This document shows positions 54,924-64,000 of a stretch of DNA of 64,000 nt, in pieces; position 1 is the first letter of the stretch; every line of letters starts with the position of its first letter. Location of the stretch: sequence record MZ477002.1, one strand, 5' to 3'. This stretch comes from Acinetobacter phage Phab24. The notes under the pieces are model-generated. The model was not told the DNA's origin, made no database searches, and saw nothing but the letters and a program-made list of their open reading frames with translations. The translations under genes and the position numbers were made by a program.

Positions 54924-55697
54924 TTAGAAAACAATACCGCGATTTCTCATACGCCCTTTAGATCGTTCAGCAACAGACATGATTTCCTCTAGAGTTAAAG
55001 CCTTATTGAATATAATAGCCTCATTGTAAGTTGCAGAACCTGCTACACCAGTATATGCAACATTCCCAATACCAAACTTATTTAAAGCAGCATCGTAGGA
55101 TGGAGCTCCATAAGTAGCTTCGTTACTAGACTCTACCCCCATTTGTTTTGCATAAATAATCCCTTTCTTGGTTACTTTATTAACACTGATAGCAATAAAG
55201 AAATTATCAGTTTGTGTGATTGATGCTGCTGGTGTTAGTGATCCAATGCCTGCACCACCAGTACCTGTTATTGCTTTCAGAGTCAGATATGCTTTTCCTG
55301 CACTTGCAAAACCTCCAAGACCGCTACTTAAAGTTGAGTCACTACGAACTAAATTTCCTAGTAAAATTGATAATGCTGTAGAAGAACATTTCACAACTGC
55401 ACACAATGTCACACTCTGATCTGACGAATCTACTAAATCGGACACGAGGGCATTACCATTGGTTAGTGAGAGTGTTACTGATTTAGCTGCGTAAACTGGT
55501 TGAATAGTTGCTCCAGATTGTAACGAGAGTAATCTTCCATTTACAACATCAATAAGTGATGATGAATCACCACCAAATAACCAGTGCCCATAGGCTTCAT
55601 ACTCAAGACTTGGTAACAAGTCGTCAAGATTTGAGATTGTAGGTAAGTTTGACCTACTAGATACAAAATTTTCAGATTGAAACAATAAATCCGCCAT
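54924..55697 (-). CDS. putative tail fibre / receptor-binding associated protein (257 aa, S/T/G/A-rich)
   Basis: Low-complexity beta-rich sequence directly downstream of a tail-fibre gene. Confidence 0.4.
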   Translation of the reverse strand: MADLLFQSENFVSSRSNLPTISNLDDLLPSLEYEAYGHWLFGGDSSSLIDVVNGRLLSLQSGATIQPVYAAKSVTLSLTNGNALVSDLVDSSDQSVTLCAVVKCSSTALSILLGNLVRSDSTLSSGLGGFASAGKAYLTLKAITGTGGAGIGSLTPAASITQTDNFFIAISVNKVTKKGIIYAKQMGVESSNEATYGAPSYDAALNKFGIGNVAYTGVAGSATYNEAIIFNKALTLEEIMSVAERSKGRMRNRGIVF

Positions 55698-55698
55698 A

Positions 55699-57771
55699 TT
55701 AAATCCCCTTAATTTTATTTACTTTCATTTCAAAATGTGGACAAACGTGGTAAAGTGGTTTAGAAACACCACCAATATCTACACTATCTGTTGTTGAATC
55801 ACGAAGGTTGCCTGAAGCACCACCTGTCAGGTTTATACCAGTTCCTAGATAATCCAGTGCATAACGTACATACACATCACCTACTGGTTCGGATTGTAGT
55901 TCTATGGTAAGAACTTCACCTTCTACCGTTATGTTAGATATCCCTGCGGTGTTTCCATTATCTGTTACTCTAAAACCATAATCAGTTGTCGGGGCTAAAG
56001 TGGTATTATCCAAAACTAATGGTGCATTAGGTGCGTAAAACTTAACATGGATGAATTTTCCATTAACATAGGCAGATACAGGATTTAAAAAATCTGGCTT
56101 CCTACCGTCAATTACATACTGTTTATACGCCCTTCCAATGTAAGCCCCAAACCATTTGTAACCAACATTTGTTAAATGGACGTTATCGACAGCATAAGGA
56201 AAATGATACATCGGTGTGGATAACATAAATTTGTCACTCTCTTTTGACAAATCTAGTTGAGCTTTAGCAATGTCGGGATGTGTTCTAGCAGCATAAGATA
56301 CTTGATATGTCATAAATCGAACATCATCAACCTGTCCTGTAATTTCTTTTATATCAGAATCAACATCTTTTTGTAGCTGTATGAGTTTATTTTTATAGAC
56401 ACTATAAGGAGTCTGAGTCCCCGTAATAGCATCATTTTCACCTTGTATCCACGGTACTAAGTTAACTTGAAAGCTTTTACCAGCATTTAGGTTCTTGGCT
56501 TTTGTAACATGATCAAGTAAAAAATTATACCAAGCAGTTCCTTTATTTAACTGATCAATTCGATAACTTCCGTGTCCTGCTGTACTGGCAAAAATTACGT
56601 GTTCTTGTGGGTCTATACCAGATTCGGTCATCATTTTCACAGACGCGTAGTTTGCCATACCTGAACAAACTGTTTCTCCTCTGTTGTCATAACCATCAGA
56701 TGAAGGGTTGTTGAACATCTCTACTAATGGTATAATAGAGGTTGCTGGTGAGTCTTGTCTTGGTCCAGTATTGAAAGTTATATTAAAGTAAGGTTGAGAA
56801 TTGCTTAGAATATTAATAGCAGTTGCCCCTAAACCAAGAGATTGCCCGTAAACAACTACATGGTTTACATCTTTTACTTCAAGACTTTTTGAGAAATAGT
56901 AAAATCTTTTATCAGTGTTTATCATTGAGAGGCTGCTTGTAGTAAAGCCTACAGGTTCATCCTTTAACTTGTCCCAACCAAGCAAAATATTACCTAAAGC
57001 ATCAACTAATATGGCAATATATCTATCATCTTCATATCGTTTGATTTGTGACAATATTGTAAAAATTTGCTCTAACAAACCACCCCCAACAAACAAATCT
57101 TTGTTTTTGTCATAATATACTAAGGCTTTCCCATCCTTGTCTGCAAGTATCGGAATAATATCGGGGTCGTCAGATTTTTTTAAAGTTATCTTATTTGTAA
57201 GACTTGATATTTCTTTGTCTGTATAGTGTCTCGATTTCTCAAGATAGTCGAGAGAAGATTTATTAAGTGCTGTACCATCCCACTGATACAATCCGTTGTT
57301 ATCTGCATTATAATCGTTTAAGATAAATACTGCGCTGTTAATTGGAATATTTTCAATATCAGACTGGGCATCTACTAATGTTTTGTATGCTTTGTTTCCT
57401 GTGTTTGCATATGCTGCAATTAGGTCTTCTAAATTTACTTCAATTCTATCTACTTCTGACTTGGTATAGGTATTATTTTTATCTGATTTCTTGTTCAGCG
57501 CTTCTTGTACAGCAAAACTGACAGGTTTATTAACATCCGAGGTATTGTCAACATTACCTAAACCTACTTGCTCTTTAGTTACATTGTGGGGATTTTCTTT
57601 ATCGTTGGTATGCAAATCTAATTGGTCTTTTGTTGCAAATCCGTTATTTAATTTAAAATGTTCTGCGATTTGACCAATTGTTACAGCATAATCACCAAAT
57701 CCACCAGTAGGGATTTTCATAGTATCTAATGGTATTTTCACTGGTAGATTTTGAATTTTTATATTAGCCAT
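55699..57771 (-). CDS. tail fibre/spike protein with SGNH (SASA-type) esterase domain
   Basis: The N-terminal KENPHNVTKEQVGLGNVDNTSDVNKPVS..Q.AL is the conserved phage tail-fibre attachment motif. The central VVVYGQSLGLG is a GDSL/SGNH catalytic-Ser block. Confidence 0.55.
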   Translation of the reverse strand: MANIKIQNLPVKIPLDTMKIPTGGFGDYAVTIGQIAEHFKLNNGFATKDQLDLHTNDKENPHNVTKEQVGLGNVDNTSDVNKPVSFAVQEALNKKSDKNNTYTKSEVDRIEVNLEDLIAAYANTGNKAYKTLVDAQSDIENIPINSAVFILNDYNADNNGLYQWDGTALNKSSLDYLEKSRHYTDKEISSLTNKITLKKSDDPDIIPILADKDGKALVYYDKNKDLFVGGGLLEQIFTILSQIKRYEDDRYIAILVDALGNILLGWDKLKDEPVGFTTSSLSMINTDKRFYYFSKSLEVKDVNHVVVYGQSLGLGATAINILSNSQPYFNITFNTGPRQDSPATSIIPLVEMFNNPSSDGYDNRGETVCSGMANYASVKMMTESGIDPQEHVIFASTAGHGSYRIDQLNKGTAWYNFLLDHVTKAKNLNAGKSFQVNLVPWIQGENDAITGTQTPYSVYKNKLIQLQKDVDSDIKEITGQVDDVRFMTYQVSYAARTHPDIAKAQLDLSKESDKFMLSTPMYHFPYAVDNVHLTNVGYKWFGAYIGRAYKQYVIDGRKPDFLNPVSAYVNGKFIHVKFYAPNAPLVLDNTTLAPTTDYGFRVTDNGNTAGISNITVEGEVLTIELQSEPVGDVYVRYALDYLGTGINLTGGASGNLRDSTTDSVDIGGVSKPLYHVCPHFEMKVNKIKGI

Positions 57772-57780
57772 ATATTCCTC

Positions 57781-58377
57781 TTAAAACAATGCTTCTTTAA
57801 ATGTTGATGCATATTCAGAAATTAATTTTGCTCTGTCTGTACCATTAATTATTCTTCTTGCATTATAATAATCTGTCTTTGAGTGGTTGATATAATCTGA
57901 TAACTTACGATCTGTAAACCAGCCATCCATCATTCCAACCACCAGAATTTCAGATGCATATTTTAAATCCATAACAAGTTTTGGGTTTCTGAGGAAATCA
58001 ACACCAAGAATCTTTCCTGCTTTTTCGTAATTATCGAACCATGTTAATTGAGGAAATGATCTACCATAATACAAGTGTGGAAAGTCTTTATACAAATAAG
58101 CTGTATTTTTATTTCCATTCTTCCAAGAATACAACTCACCTTTTGAGTTTTTATACCAAGTTCCATAGGGTCTACCTTTACCTTTGCCGTACTCTTCGAT
58201 TGGTTGCATTGTTCTTGCTGTCTCATGGTAAACAGTTGCATAAACATATGCTGCTTGTTCTTTTGAAATTCCATGCTTATTTATTGATTCTAAGATAGCG
58301 TTAATTCCATCAACTTGAGATTGCTTCAACGATCCACCAAATAAAGAGTTTCTAATTTTATCAAAGTTCATTTTCAT
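57781..58377 (-). CDS. glycoside hydrolase family 19 endolysin
   Basis: AAYVYATVYHETA matches the GH19 AAFLAQTSHETG block. GRSFPQLTWFDNY....LGVDFLRNPKLV matches the GH19 GRGPIQLSWNYNY...IGVDLLNNPDLV block. Confidence 0.75.
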   Translation of the reverse strand: MKMNFDKIRNSLFGGSLKQSQVDGINAILESINKHGISKEQAAYVYATVYHETARTMQPIEEYGKGKGRPYGTWYKNSKGELYSWKNGNKNTAYLYKDFPHLYYGRSFPQLTWFDNYEKAGKILGVDFLRNPKLVMDLKYASEILVVGMMDGWFTDRKLSDYINHSKTDYYNARRIINGTDRAKLISEYASTFKEALF

Positions 58378-58690
58378 TTTTGTTTTTTCTCCTTAATTTG
58401 GATATTCTTCTAACTCTTTCAAAATATTCAAGCATGATATATTTGACTAATAATACTGTGAATACAATCGAAGCAAAGAAAGCGATAAATGTACAGTAAT
58501 ATGGGAGTAGCGCTAACATAGGAACATAACTACCAATAACTAAAAATAATATAGCTATAATAAAACGTAGCAGAACACTTTTCCATGTATTAGCCCATAA
58601 AGGACTGTGTTCACATATAAATATAATAATTGTATTAATTAAAAGAAATAGCTGGATTAAAGCGATATAAATGATCATTTTTTCTTCCAT
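58361..58690 (-). CDS. holin-like membrane protein (109 aa, 3 TM)
   Basis: Three TM helices plus a charged C-terminus. Its 3' end overlaps the endolysin start. Confidence 0.5.
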   Translation of the reverse strand: MEEKMIIYIALIQLFLLINTIIIFICEHSPLWANTWKSVLLRFIIAILFLVIGSYVPMLALLPYYCTFIAFFASIVFTVLLVKYIMLEYFERVRRISKLRRKNKNENEL

Positions 58691-59073
58691 CTTGAAGTTA
58701 TAGTTTCAAAGAATGTAGTTACAACATCTTTAAGACCATTGAAAACAGTTGATAATATATCATCACTATTTTTAACAATAGCATCTAATAACTTTAGTGA
58801 TGACAGACTTGAGAACATATATACACCGAAGCAATACCAGTATTCTACAAGACCAAAATAAATAATAAGTGAGTTACCGAGAGCAAGACCAATGGAGACA
58901 CCAACAACAATTGCTGCAATCCCTACAAAGCTGTAGAAAATCTTTTCATCTAAAGTTTTTTCTTTCCATTTTATATCATTTCTTTTATACCATACTGCTA
59001 AAGCACTTCCGATTAAAGAAGGGTACAAAAACTTTAGTAGACCTATTAGAGAGGTTGTTGAAGTGCCATCCAC
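58675..59073 (-). CDS. membrane protein (132 aa; holin/antiholin candidate)
   Basis: Three to four TM helices. It overlaps the downstream gene. Confidence 0.45.
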   Translation of the reverse strand: MDGTSTTSLIGLLKFLYPSLIGSALAVWYKRNDIKWKEKTLDEKIFYSFVGIAAIVVGVSIGLALGNSLIIYFGLVEYWYCFGVYMFSSLSSLKLLDAIVKNSDDILSTVFNGLKDVVTTFFETITSRWKKK

Positions 59074-59194
59074 TTTCTTCTCCTATTATTTGACGCGAAT
59101 TAAGTGATCCATTATGGTGTTCTTTGGGGATTTATTTTAGTGAGTGTTTAGAGAAACAACCATCTTAAAGATACTGTAGTATTCATACATAATT

Positions 59195-60310
59195 TTATGC
59201 TATGCGTCTCCACACATATACTGTGATAGATGGTTGTACGTTATTATGTGCTGTTGCTTCTATAATTGGTAATCCATTTGAACCAATAGGATTCGATGTT
59301 CTGGCAAGATCAGGGATTTTATCACTTGTACCACCCATAACGTACCCCTTATAGTCAGATTCAGTTCTATTTGCAGACGTAGCAATATTATTCGTTACGT
59401 TTAAATCACTATCACCACCGTACTGACCTTTGATTGCATAGTGAGTATGCGGAGCTATGTTATCGCCTGTTAATTTAACAGAATACTCACCTGCTACACC
59501 TCCACCAATCTTAGTCCATTCAGGAACGTCAGCGGATGTCGATGTACTAAAACCTACTAAAGCTTTACCTTCAGCATATCTAGCCCAAGTACCGTAACCA
59601 AGATGTGTAGATGGGTTTTCTCCATTAGTTGTTAAATATAAATCCCCAACTTTATACAACTGTATGTATTCTAAAAGTACGTCCATTGTTACAACTTTTT
59701 TAGAATACTCAGATACACTTGATGGTTTATCAAATATTGCTGCTACTTCACCATTTTTCAGAATTATTGGGTTTTGTCCATCATGGAACAAACCATCATT
59801 CTCGTTATCAACGAATGAATAACCAAAATTATCATTACCGCTTGCTGATAACCCGATGTTTGCTACATAAGATGTACCATAAAATTTTCCAGTAGCTTCA
59901 GGATTTGCCTTACTTACATATAAATCAAGATAACCTTCCTGTGTTTTTATCTTATCAACGTCTAATTGTACTTCAGCAGAACTACCAAAAGTATCAAAAG
60001 CTTGTCTCCAGATATCTGTATAAGTTAAAGGATCACGGTCTGTATTTTGCGATAATGCTTTATAAATAACACCAGCACGTTTTACGTACCCGTTTTCTGG
60101 ATAAGTTTCTGTTGCCACCCACTCTGAAATACCTTGCTGAAACAAGTAGACAATTCCTTTATCTTGTCTGTTTTGAATCCAGTTCATTACCTCTTTTAAA
60201 GGTTTTTCTACAATATGACCAATCTCAATCTTTTCTGATGTAGGAGCAGCAATATCACCATTCGATGCCCATACTCCTACAGAATAATCTGGTCTATTAA
60301 CTACCGCCAT
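59195..60310 (-). CDS. tail fibre protein (371 aa)
   Basis: Sits after the baseplate gpI-like gene. The N-terminus is fibre-like. Confidence 0.5.
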   Translation of the reverse strand: MAVVNRPDYSVGVWASNGDIAAPTSEKIEIGHIVEKPLKEVMNWIQNRQDKGIVYLFQQGISEWVATETYPENGYVKRAGVIYKALSQNTDRDPLTYTDIWRQAFDTFGSSAEVQLDVDKIKTQEGYLDLYVSKANPEATGKFYGTSYVANIGLSASGNDNFGYSFVDNENDGLFHDGQNPIILKNGEVAAIFDKPSSVSEYSKKVVTMDVLLEYIQLYKVGDLYLTTNGENPSTHLGYGTWARYAEGKALVGFSTSTSADVPEWTKIGGGVAGEYSVKLTGDNIAPHTHYAIKGQYGGDSDLNVTNNIATSANRTESDYKGYVMGGTSDKIPDLARTSNPIGSNGLPIIEATAHNNVQPSITVYVWRRIA

Positions 60311-60934
60311 TTATATCTCCACTTGTTCTGCTCTTATTCCATATCCGATAGGTAAGATGTTGTCATCTAATTCTAATCGAGACATAAAATAAGCTAATAA
60401 ACCACTATCATCTACAGCTCTTATTTTTAAAAGACCGTGACGTTCTCTTGTGATTGATGCAGAAGTATTTCCTGTTATTAGGTTAATTACATTTAGTAAA
60501 TCTGTTCTAGTGCAAAAGCTATTATTAAAAATAACTCTAGCCTTAATTATTCTTCTGTATTCTTCATCTGTTAGCTTTCTAGCAGAAGCGGTGTTGAAAG
60601 TATCCATTGAATTCCAATACCCGCCAAGAGAGGGGTTAGAGGCTGTTGAGAACGTTTCAGACTGATAACTTCCTTCGAATCCAAAATAAGGTTCTGTGTT
60701 AAATGAAACTAACAATCTTGGTTGACCAACAATCATTCCAATAAAATCAAGATGCCATTTCTCAGCAACCTCAATGTTTAATAAGTTTTCAGATAACCAG
60801 ATAAAGTCTTTTTGTTGCTCGTGATAATACTCTACAATGGCGTCAAGGAATGCTAGATATATCGGACTTTGATTAAGAAGAGAAGAACTTCCTTCTTGTG
60901 CTTCTTTAACGTAATCTATAATTGATACTGTCAT
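60311..60934 (-). CDS. baseplate protein, P2 gpI-like (207 aa)
   Basis: It immediately follows the gpJ-like gene with no gap; the call rests on synteny only. Confidence 0.4.
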   Translation of the reverse strand: MTVSIIDYVKEAQEGSSSLLNQSPIYLAFLDAIVEYYHEQQKDFIWLSENLLNIEVAEKWHLDFIGMIVGQPRLLVSFNTEPYFGFEGSYQSETFSTASNPSLGGYWNSMDTFNTASARKLTDEEYRRIIKARVIFNNSFCTRTDLLNVINLITGNTSASITRERHGLLKIRAVDDSGLLAYFMSRLELDDNILPIGYGIRAEQVEI

Positions 60935-62388
60935 TAGCTACCACCAATATAAATATTCTCTGCACTGATTGTTGCTACTTCATTATGACCTAAGATAATA
61001 TCTTCAGTTCCATAACTACCATTTAATTTACCAACTTGAAGATTACGAACACTAAATCCGCTAACAGAGTTAATTGGTTCGTACAATCTTGAGTAATAAA
61101 TATCGTCACCAACTTGCATGCTGTTAAACCAATCAACAATTGCTTGTTTAATTAAATTTTTACCATTTGCAGGGAAAGTTGGCGAAATAGTGATTGCCAT
61201 TGAGACTTTAAGTGGAACAGCTTGCGGTCTTGAGAATCTTACAGTTTGATCACCACCATTAATATCTTTTACAACTTTAGTAATTGTTCCCGATGTTTCA
61301 ATACCATCTGCAATCGCATCCGCAATAGCAATGGCAATTTCATCTTCATTACCACCTTGTACAGTAATCGCTAAACCATTATTAATGATTCCAGAACCAG
61401 TTGGTGATGATGTAGTGTTTGCTTGAATGTTTAAGAAACTAACTCCACGAACTGCTAATATTCTTGCTAGTAATGAGTTGCGCGAGGATGCATTATTATT
61501 ACCCTTGATTAAATTACCACGATATTTATAGTCATCGTCTAACTCGACACCTTGAGAAGATTCAACCACAAACGGATTAGTAACCCCTCTCCAGCCTAAC
61601 ACTGTTGTTCGAATAGTTGTAATTTGATTAACTGCACTTTCAGAGGACTGATAAGTATTCGATGTAACATAAACAGGCTTGTATGTTCTATTGATTGTCA
61701 TTTTACCTGAAACTGAGAAGTCACCAGTACTGTTTTGATCTGTGATGACAATCTTAACAGTTAAGTCATTATTCTTTGACGCTGTTAAATAAGATGCTTG
61801 CGAATTCACTGCATCAACAATCCTATCTGCAATGTTTTCAATGGTTACATCTTTAGAACCAGCAACAACGGTAATACTAGGTGATTGAGATAGAAATCCG
61901 TTTACAGAATAATTAATCGTGTAAGTACCACCAACAGAGGATATTAACAATTCAATACCGTTACAGTCATTTTCGTTGAAAGTCACATCTTGGTTTGTTG
62001 AGTAAATGTCACCTGTTTTTGAATTAGAAACCTCACTACCTTTAGCAACTAATGTTCCGACATCACCGTATAACATAACCAAACCTTCAGCTTGTGAAAT
62101 ACCTTTTCGTTTAATACGATGAATCTGCCATAAGAGATTATCAAGTTGAACCTTACTAGCTTTGTTAATATCAAATTGATCAAGGATTGGTTGTAATATT
62201 TGAGCATTCTGTGCAGCGGGTCTAGCAACAGTAGCTAGTTGTCTACCGATAACACTAGAGTCATCTGTTTTTAATTCTGTATTTCCTAGAAATGGTGCAA
62301 GGTTAACTTTTGCATTAGCAGACATCTCATCTCTAATTTGTTCTTGTGTGGGGATTACTAATCCTGTTTCACTAAATGATATTGTCAT
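60934..62388 (-). CDS. baseplate J-like protein (gpJ/gp6 family)
   Basis: 484 aa with a C-terminal GDDIYYSRLYEPINSVSGFSVRNL block typical of Baseplate_J. Ordered V-W-J-I. Confidence 0.6.
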   Translation of the reverse strand: MTISFSETGLVIPTQEQIRDEMSANAKVNLAPFLGNTELKTDDSSVIGRQLATVARPAAQNAQILQPILDQFDINKASKVQLDNLLWQIHRIKRKGISQAEGLVMLYGDVGTLVAKGSEVSNSKTGDIYSTNQDVTFNENDCNGIELLISSVGGTYTINYSVNGFLSQSPSITVVAGSKDVTIENIADRIVDAVNSQASYLTASKNNDLTVKIVITDQNSTGDFSVSGKMTINRTYKPVYVTSNTYQSSESAVNQITTIRTTVLGWRGVTNPFVVESSQGVELDDDYKYRGNLIKGNNNASSRNSLLARILAVRGVSFLNIQANTTSSPTGSGIINNGLAITVQGGNEDEIAIAIADAIADGIETSGTITKVVKDINGGDQTVRFSRPQAVPLKVSMAITISPTFPANGKNLIKQAIVDWFNSMQVGDDIYYSRLYEPINSVSGFSVRNLQVGKLNGSYGTEDIILGHNEVATISAENIYIGGS

Positions 62389-62396
62389 TGTATCCT

Positions 62397-62813
62397 CTAA
62401 GCTAACTGTGCAACAAGAATATTCCCATTCTCGTCTGTAAGTGTTAATCCTTCTTCAGTAATAAGTGTGTAGAATATAACTGGAACATCTACGCTTAATA
62501 ATTTAACTGAAAATTTACATCCATATTTATAATCACGAATCTCTGAATCGTATTCTATTACGTAATCAACCATTTCCTCTTTTTGAATTTCATTAATAAA
62601 TAAAGCATCAACTGTACTTTTATTTCTATTCAATCCATACACTTTATTTAAGTAGTCGATTCCGTAAGACGGATTCCAGAACAAATCTCTAATGAAAGTT
62701 TTTAATCTAATAAATAACCTTTGTACGAGTTGATCTGGTTGGTTAGTAATAATTTGAAAATCACCATCAACTAAAACAAGGTCTTTTGTATTTTGGTCTA
62801 AAAAGAAATCCAT
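62397..62813 (-). CDS. baseplate wedge protein gp25/gpW-like
   Basis: 138 aa. LVQRLFIRLKTFIRDLFWNPSYG fits the GPW_gp25 family. Confidence 0.6.
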   Translation of the reverse strand: MDFFLDQNTKDLVLVDGDFQIITNQPDQLVQRLFIRLKTFIRDLFWNPSYGIDYLNKVYGLNRNKSTVDALFINEIQKEEMVDYVIEYDSEIRDYKYGCKFSVKLLSVDVPVIFYTLITEEGLTLTDENGNILVAQLA

Positions 62814-62825
62814 ATATTGTCCTTG

Positions 62826-63548
62826 TTATAATGGGTTGGGTGGAGCTGTATTGCTTGAACCACTTTGTACACCAGCATGTGTGTGGGATGTCATAAATTG
62901 ATAAACTGACTTACCTTTAATTGATAAATCATTTTCTGTTTTTATAAGAGAGTTTTTAGCATCAATAACAGAAGCATCCACATTTACATTATCAGCTTTA
63001 ACGTCTGCTTGCTTGCATTTAACATCAACCTTATTAGCGATAACACCTAATGTTCCATCAGGATTTAAGGACATCATGATTTCATTATCAGTATTCTTGT
63101 TATGGACAATAGTTAATGATTTATTGTTGATTGAATTTTTATAATTGTTATTGTTATAAACAGATTCTTGATATGGATTAAAACCAATAAAAGCTACAGC
63201 ATTATCTAAAGATAAAAATGAGTTAGTGTTGGGTTCATGTGCCTCTTTTAAGCCCTGTAGATACTCACTAGCGTCACTTTGTGTGAATATTAGTAGTACC
63301 CCATCACCTTGATTAATAGGGACCTGTATGGAGCTTGTAGAGGTGTTTACAGAGACAATTGGTACATCATATATTACATCATACTCAGTATAACCAATAG
63401 TTGATGTGAATTTATCAATCACTGGAGCTACATCAATTAAACCATCAGTTAATCTTTCAATACTAACAACAACTGCTGGCATACAAAAGTTTAAACCTTT
63501 AATTTCATTTAAAGCAATATTTCTAATTACGGGGTTTAAATCTCTCAT
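62826..63548 (-). CDS. baseplate spike/assembly protein gpV-like
   Basis: The N-terminal OB-fold-like region GLNFCMPAVVVSIERLTDGLIDVAPVIDK...GDGVLLIF resembles P2 gpV. Position is upstream of the W-like gene. Confidence 0.5.
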   Translation of the reverse strand: MRDLNPVIRNIALNEIKGLNFCMPAVVVSIERLTDGLIDVAPVIDKFTSTIGYTEYDVIYDVPIVSVNTSTSSIQVPINQGDGVLLIFTQSDASEYLQGLKEAHEPNTNSFLSLDNAVAFIGFNPYQESVYNNNNYKNSINNKSLTIVHNKNTDNEIMMSLNPDGTLGVIANKVDVKCKQADVKADNVNVDASVIDAKNSLIKTENDLSIKGKSVYQFMTSHTHAGVQSGSSNTAPPNPL

Positions 63549-64000
63549 CAGTCAAAACCTCCTGTATCAAGATCAGATTCACTACCGACAGTATATTCTG
63601 AGCCTAAACTACCACTAAAATTAAAGTCACCATCACTGGTTGGATCAACATAAACAACTTTATCTTCTGTATCAACACTCTCCAATGTCATTTCCATATA
63701 GACATCCGCTTTGAAATTATTAATACTAAAATGAACACCACGAACACGATATAACCCACTATTTTCTTTTAATTTTGATTGTATTTCGATAATACTCAAA
63801 GGTCTTACAGCAACGTTTGGTAAAGCTCTTGCTTTTAGATACTTACGTTTTACAGAAATTGTCCCTGCTTTTCTAGGCTTTCTAGGTTTTAAAGTTTTAC
63901 CTTTTTCCTTAGCTTTAGCTTCTCTTTCCGCGCGTTTAGCAGCAGCATTAGCCTCTCGTATGTTTTTGTTCTGTTGTCTTACTTGAGACTCGAATGTTTG
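63548..64000 (-). CDS. structural protein, 5'-truncated by window end (basic K/R-rich N-region)
   Basis: The reading frame stays open from 63799 to 64000 with no in-frame start. The track's TTG at 63799 is internal. Confidence 0.45.
   Translation of the reverse strand, partial: QTFESQVRQQNKNIREANAAAKRAEREAKAKEKGKTLKPRKPRKAGTISVKRKYLKARALPNVAVRPLSIIEIQSKLKENSGLYRVRGVHFSINNFKADVYMEMTLESVDTEDKVVYVDPTSDGDFNFSGSLGSEYTVGSESDLDTGGFD

Noticed and set aside
426-57673. Antisense or overlapping ORFs in the six-frame track, for example 426..620(-), 2111..2383(-), 2416..2604(-), 2981..3184(-), 3371..3676(-), 9481..9738(+), 11023..11211(-), 12318..12726(-), 13172..13447(-), 19835..20017(-), 20884..21069(-), 23327..23641(-), 24127..24333(-), 25203..25436(+), 25696..25932(+), 26100..26440(+/-), 28449..28700(+), 30181..30441(+), 31388..31768(+), 31782..31991(+), 33423..34062(+), 37929..38260(+), 39698..39914(+/-), 44893..45144(+), 45282..45835(+), 47069..47305(+), 48115..48351(+), 49262..49853(+/-), 50409..51127(+), 52213..52443(+), 54304..54606(+), 55168..55419(+), 56915..57673(+), 58041..58298(+/-), 58869..59093(+), 60450..60665(+) and 63406..63618(+)
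   Set aside because: They lie opposite longer ORFs that have recognisable homology or consistent operon context. They lack SD sequences and have low-complexity or atypical composition, so they are shadow ORFs.
1-64000. CRISPR array or other regularly spaced repeat-spacer structure
   Set aside because: No series of 3 or more identical 25-40-bp repeats with unique spacers was found. Repeats are limited to the dispersed elements described above.

Overview
This window looks like a densely packed segment of a low-GC (about 30 %) tailed phage genome. It is probably a myovirus, because it carries a baseplate module (gpV-, gp25/gpW-, gpJ- and gpI-like proteins) plus tail fibres. Strong AGGAGG-type Shine-Dalgarno sites and extended -10 (TGnTATAGT) promoters suggest a low-GC Gram-positive host; this is inference only.

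Genes run in strand-switching blocks:
- + strand: 29..5396
- − strand: 5996..9603
- + strand: 10517..24440
- − strand: 24493 to the window end

Blocks are separated by AT-rich, repeat-containing non-coding regions with sigma70-like promoters and rho-independent terminators.

Recognisable functions:
- A T7-like replication module: family-A DNA polymerase, a fused gp4-like primase-helicase, an SSB-like protein, a FEN/5'-3' exonuclease and a DEDD 3'-5' exonuclease, plus a T4 endonuclease VII-type resolvase.
- dNTP metabolism: class I ribonucleotide reductase large and small subunits, an NrdH-like glutaredoxin and a divergent ThyX-like protein.
- A tRNA-Arg(UCU).
- A GH19 endolysin with two holin-like membrane proteins, unusually placed between two tail-fibre genes.
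- A PspA/IM30-like coiled-coil protein.
- At least nine homing-endonuclease-like genes: HNH, HNH–AP2, GIY-YIG and T5orf172.

Most other ORFs are small hypothetical early-type genes joined by ATGA/TAATG translational coupling. Several of these are below the 60-aa cut-off of the supplied ORF track.

The most notable observations:
1. An HNH–AP2 endonuclease split exactly at a U_UUA_AAA −1 slippery heptamer.
2. A ThyX-like protein whose RHR motif is replaced by THN.
3. A phage-encoded PspA-like protein.
4. An SF2 helicase-like protein lacking the Walker-A lysine.
5. A 1.7-kb GC-rich island.
6. A 490-bp ORF-free higher-GC spacer inside the replication operon.
7. Iteron-like repeats.
8. Three promoters sharing an identical TGTTATAGT box, one of which is antisense to the local genes.
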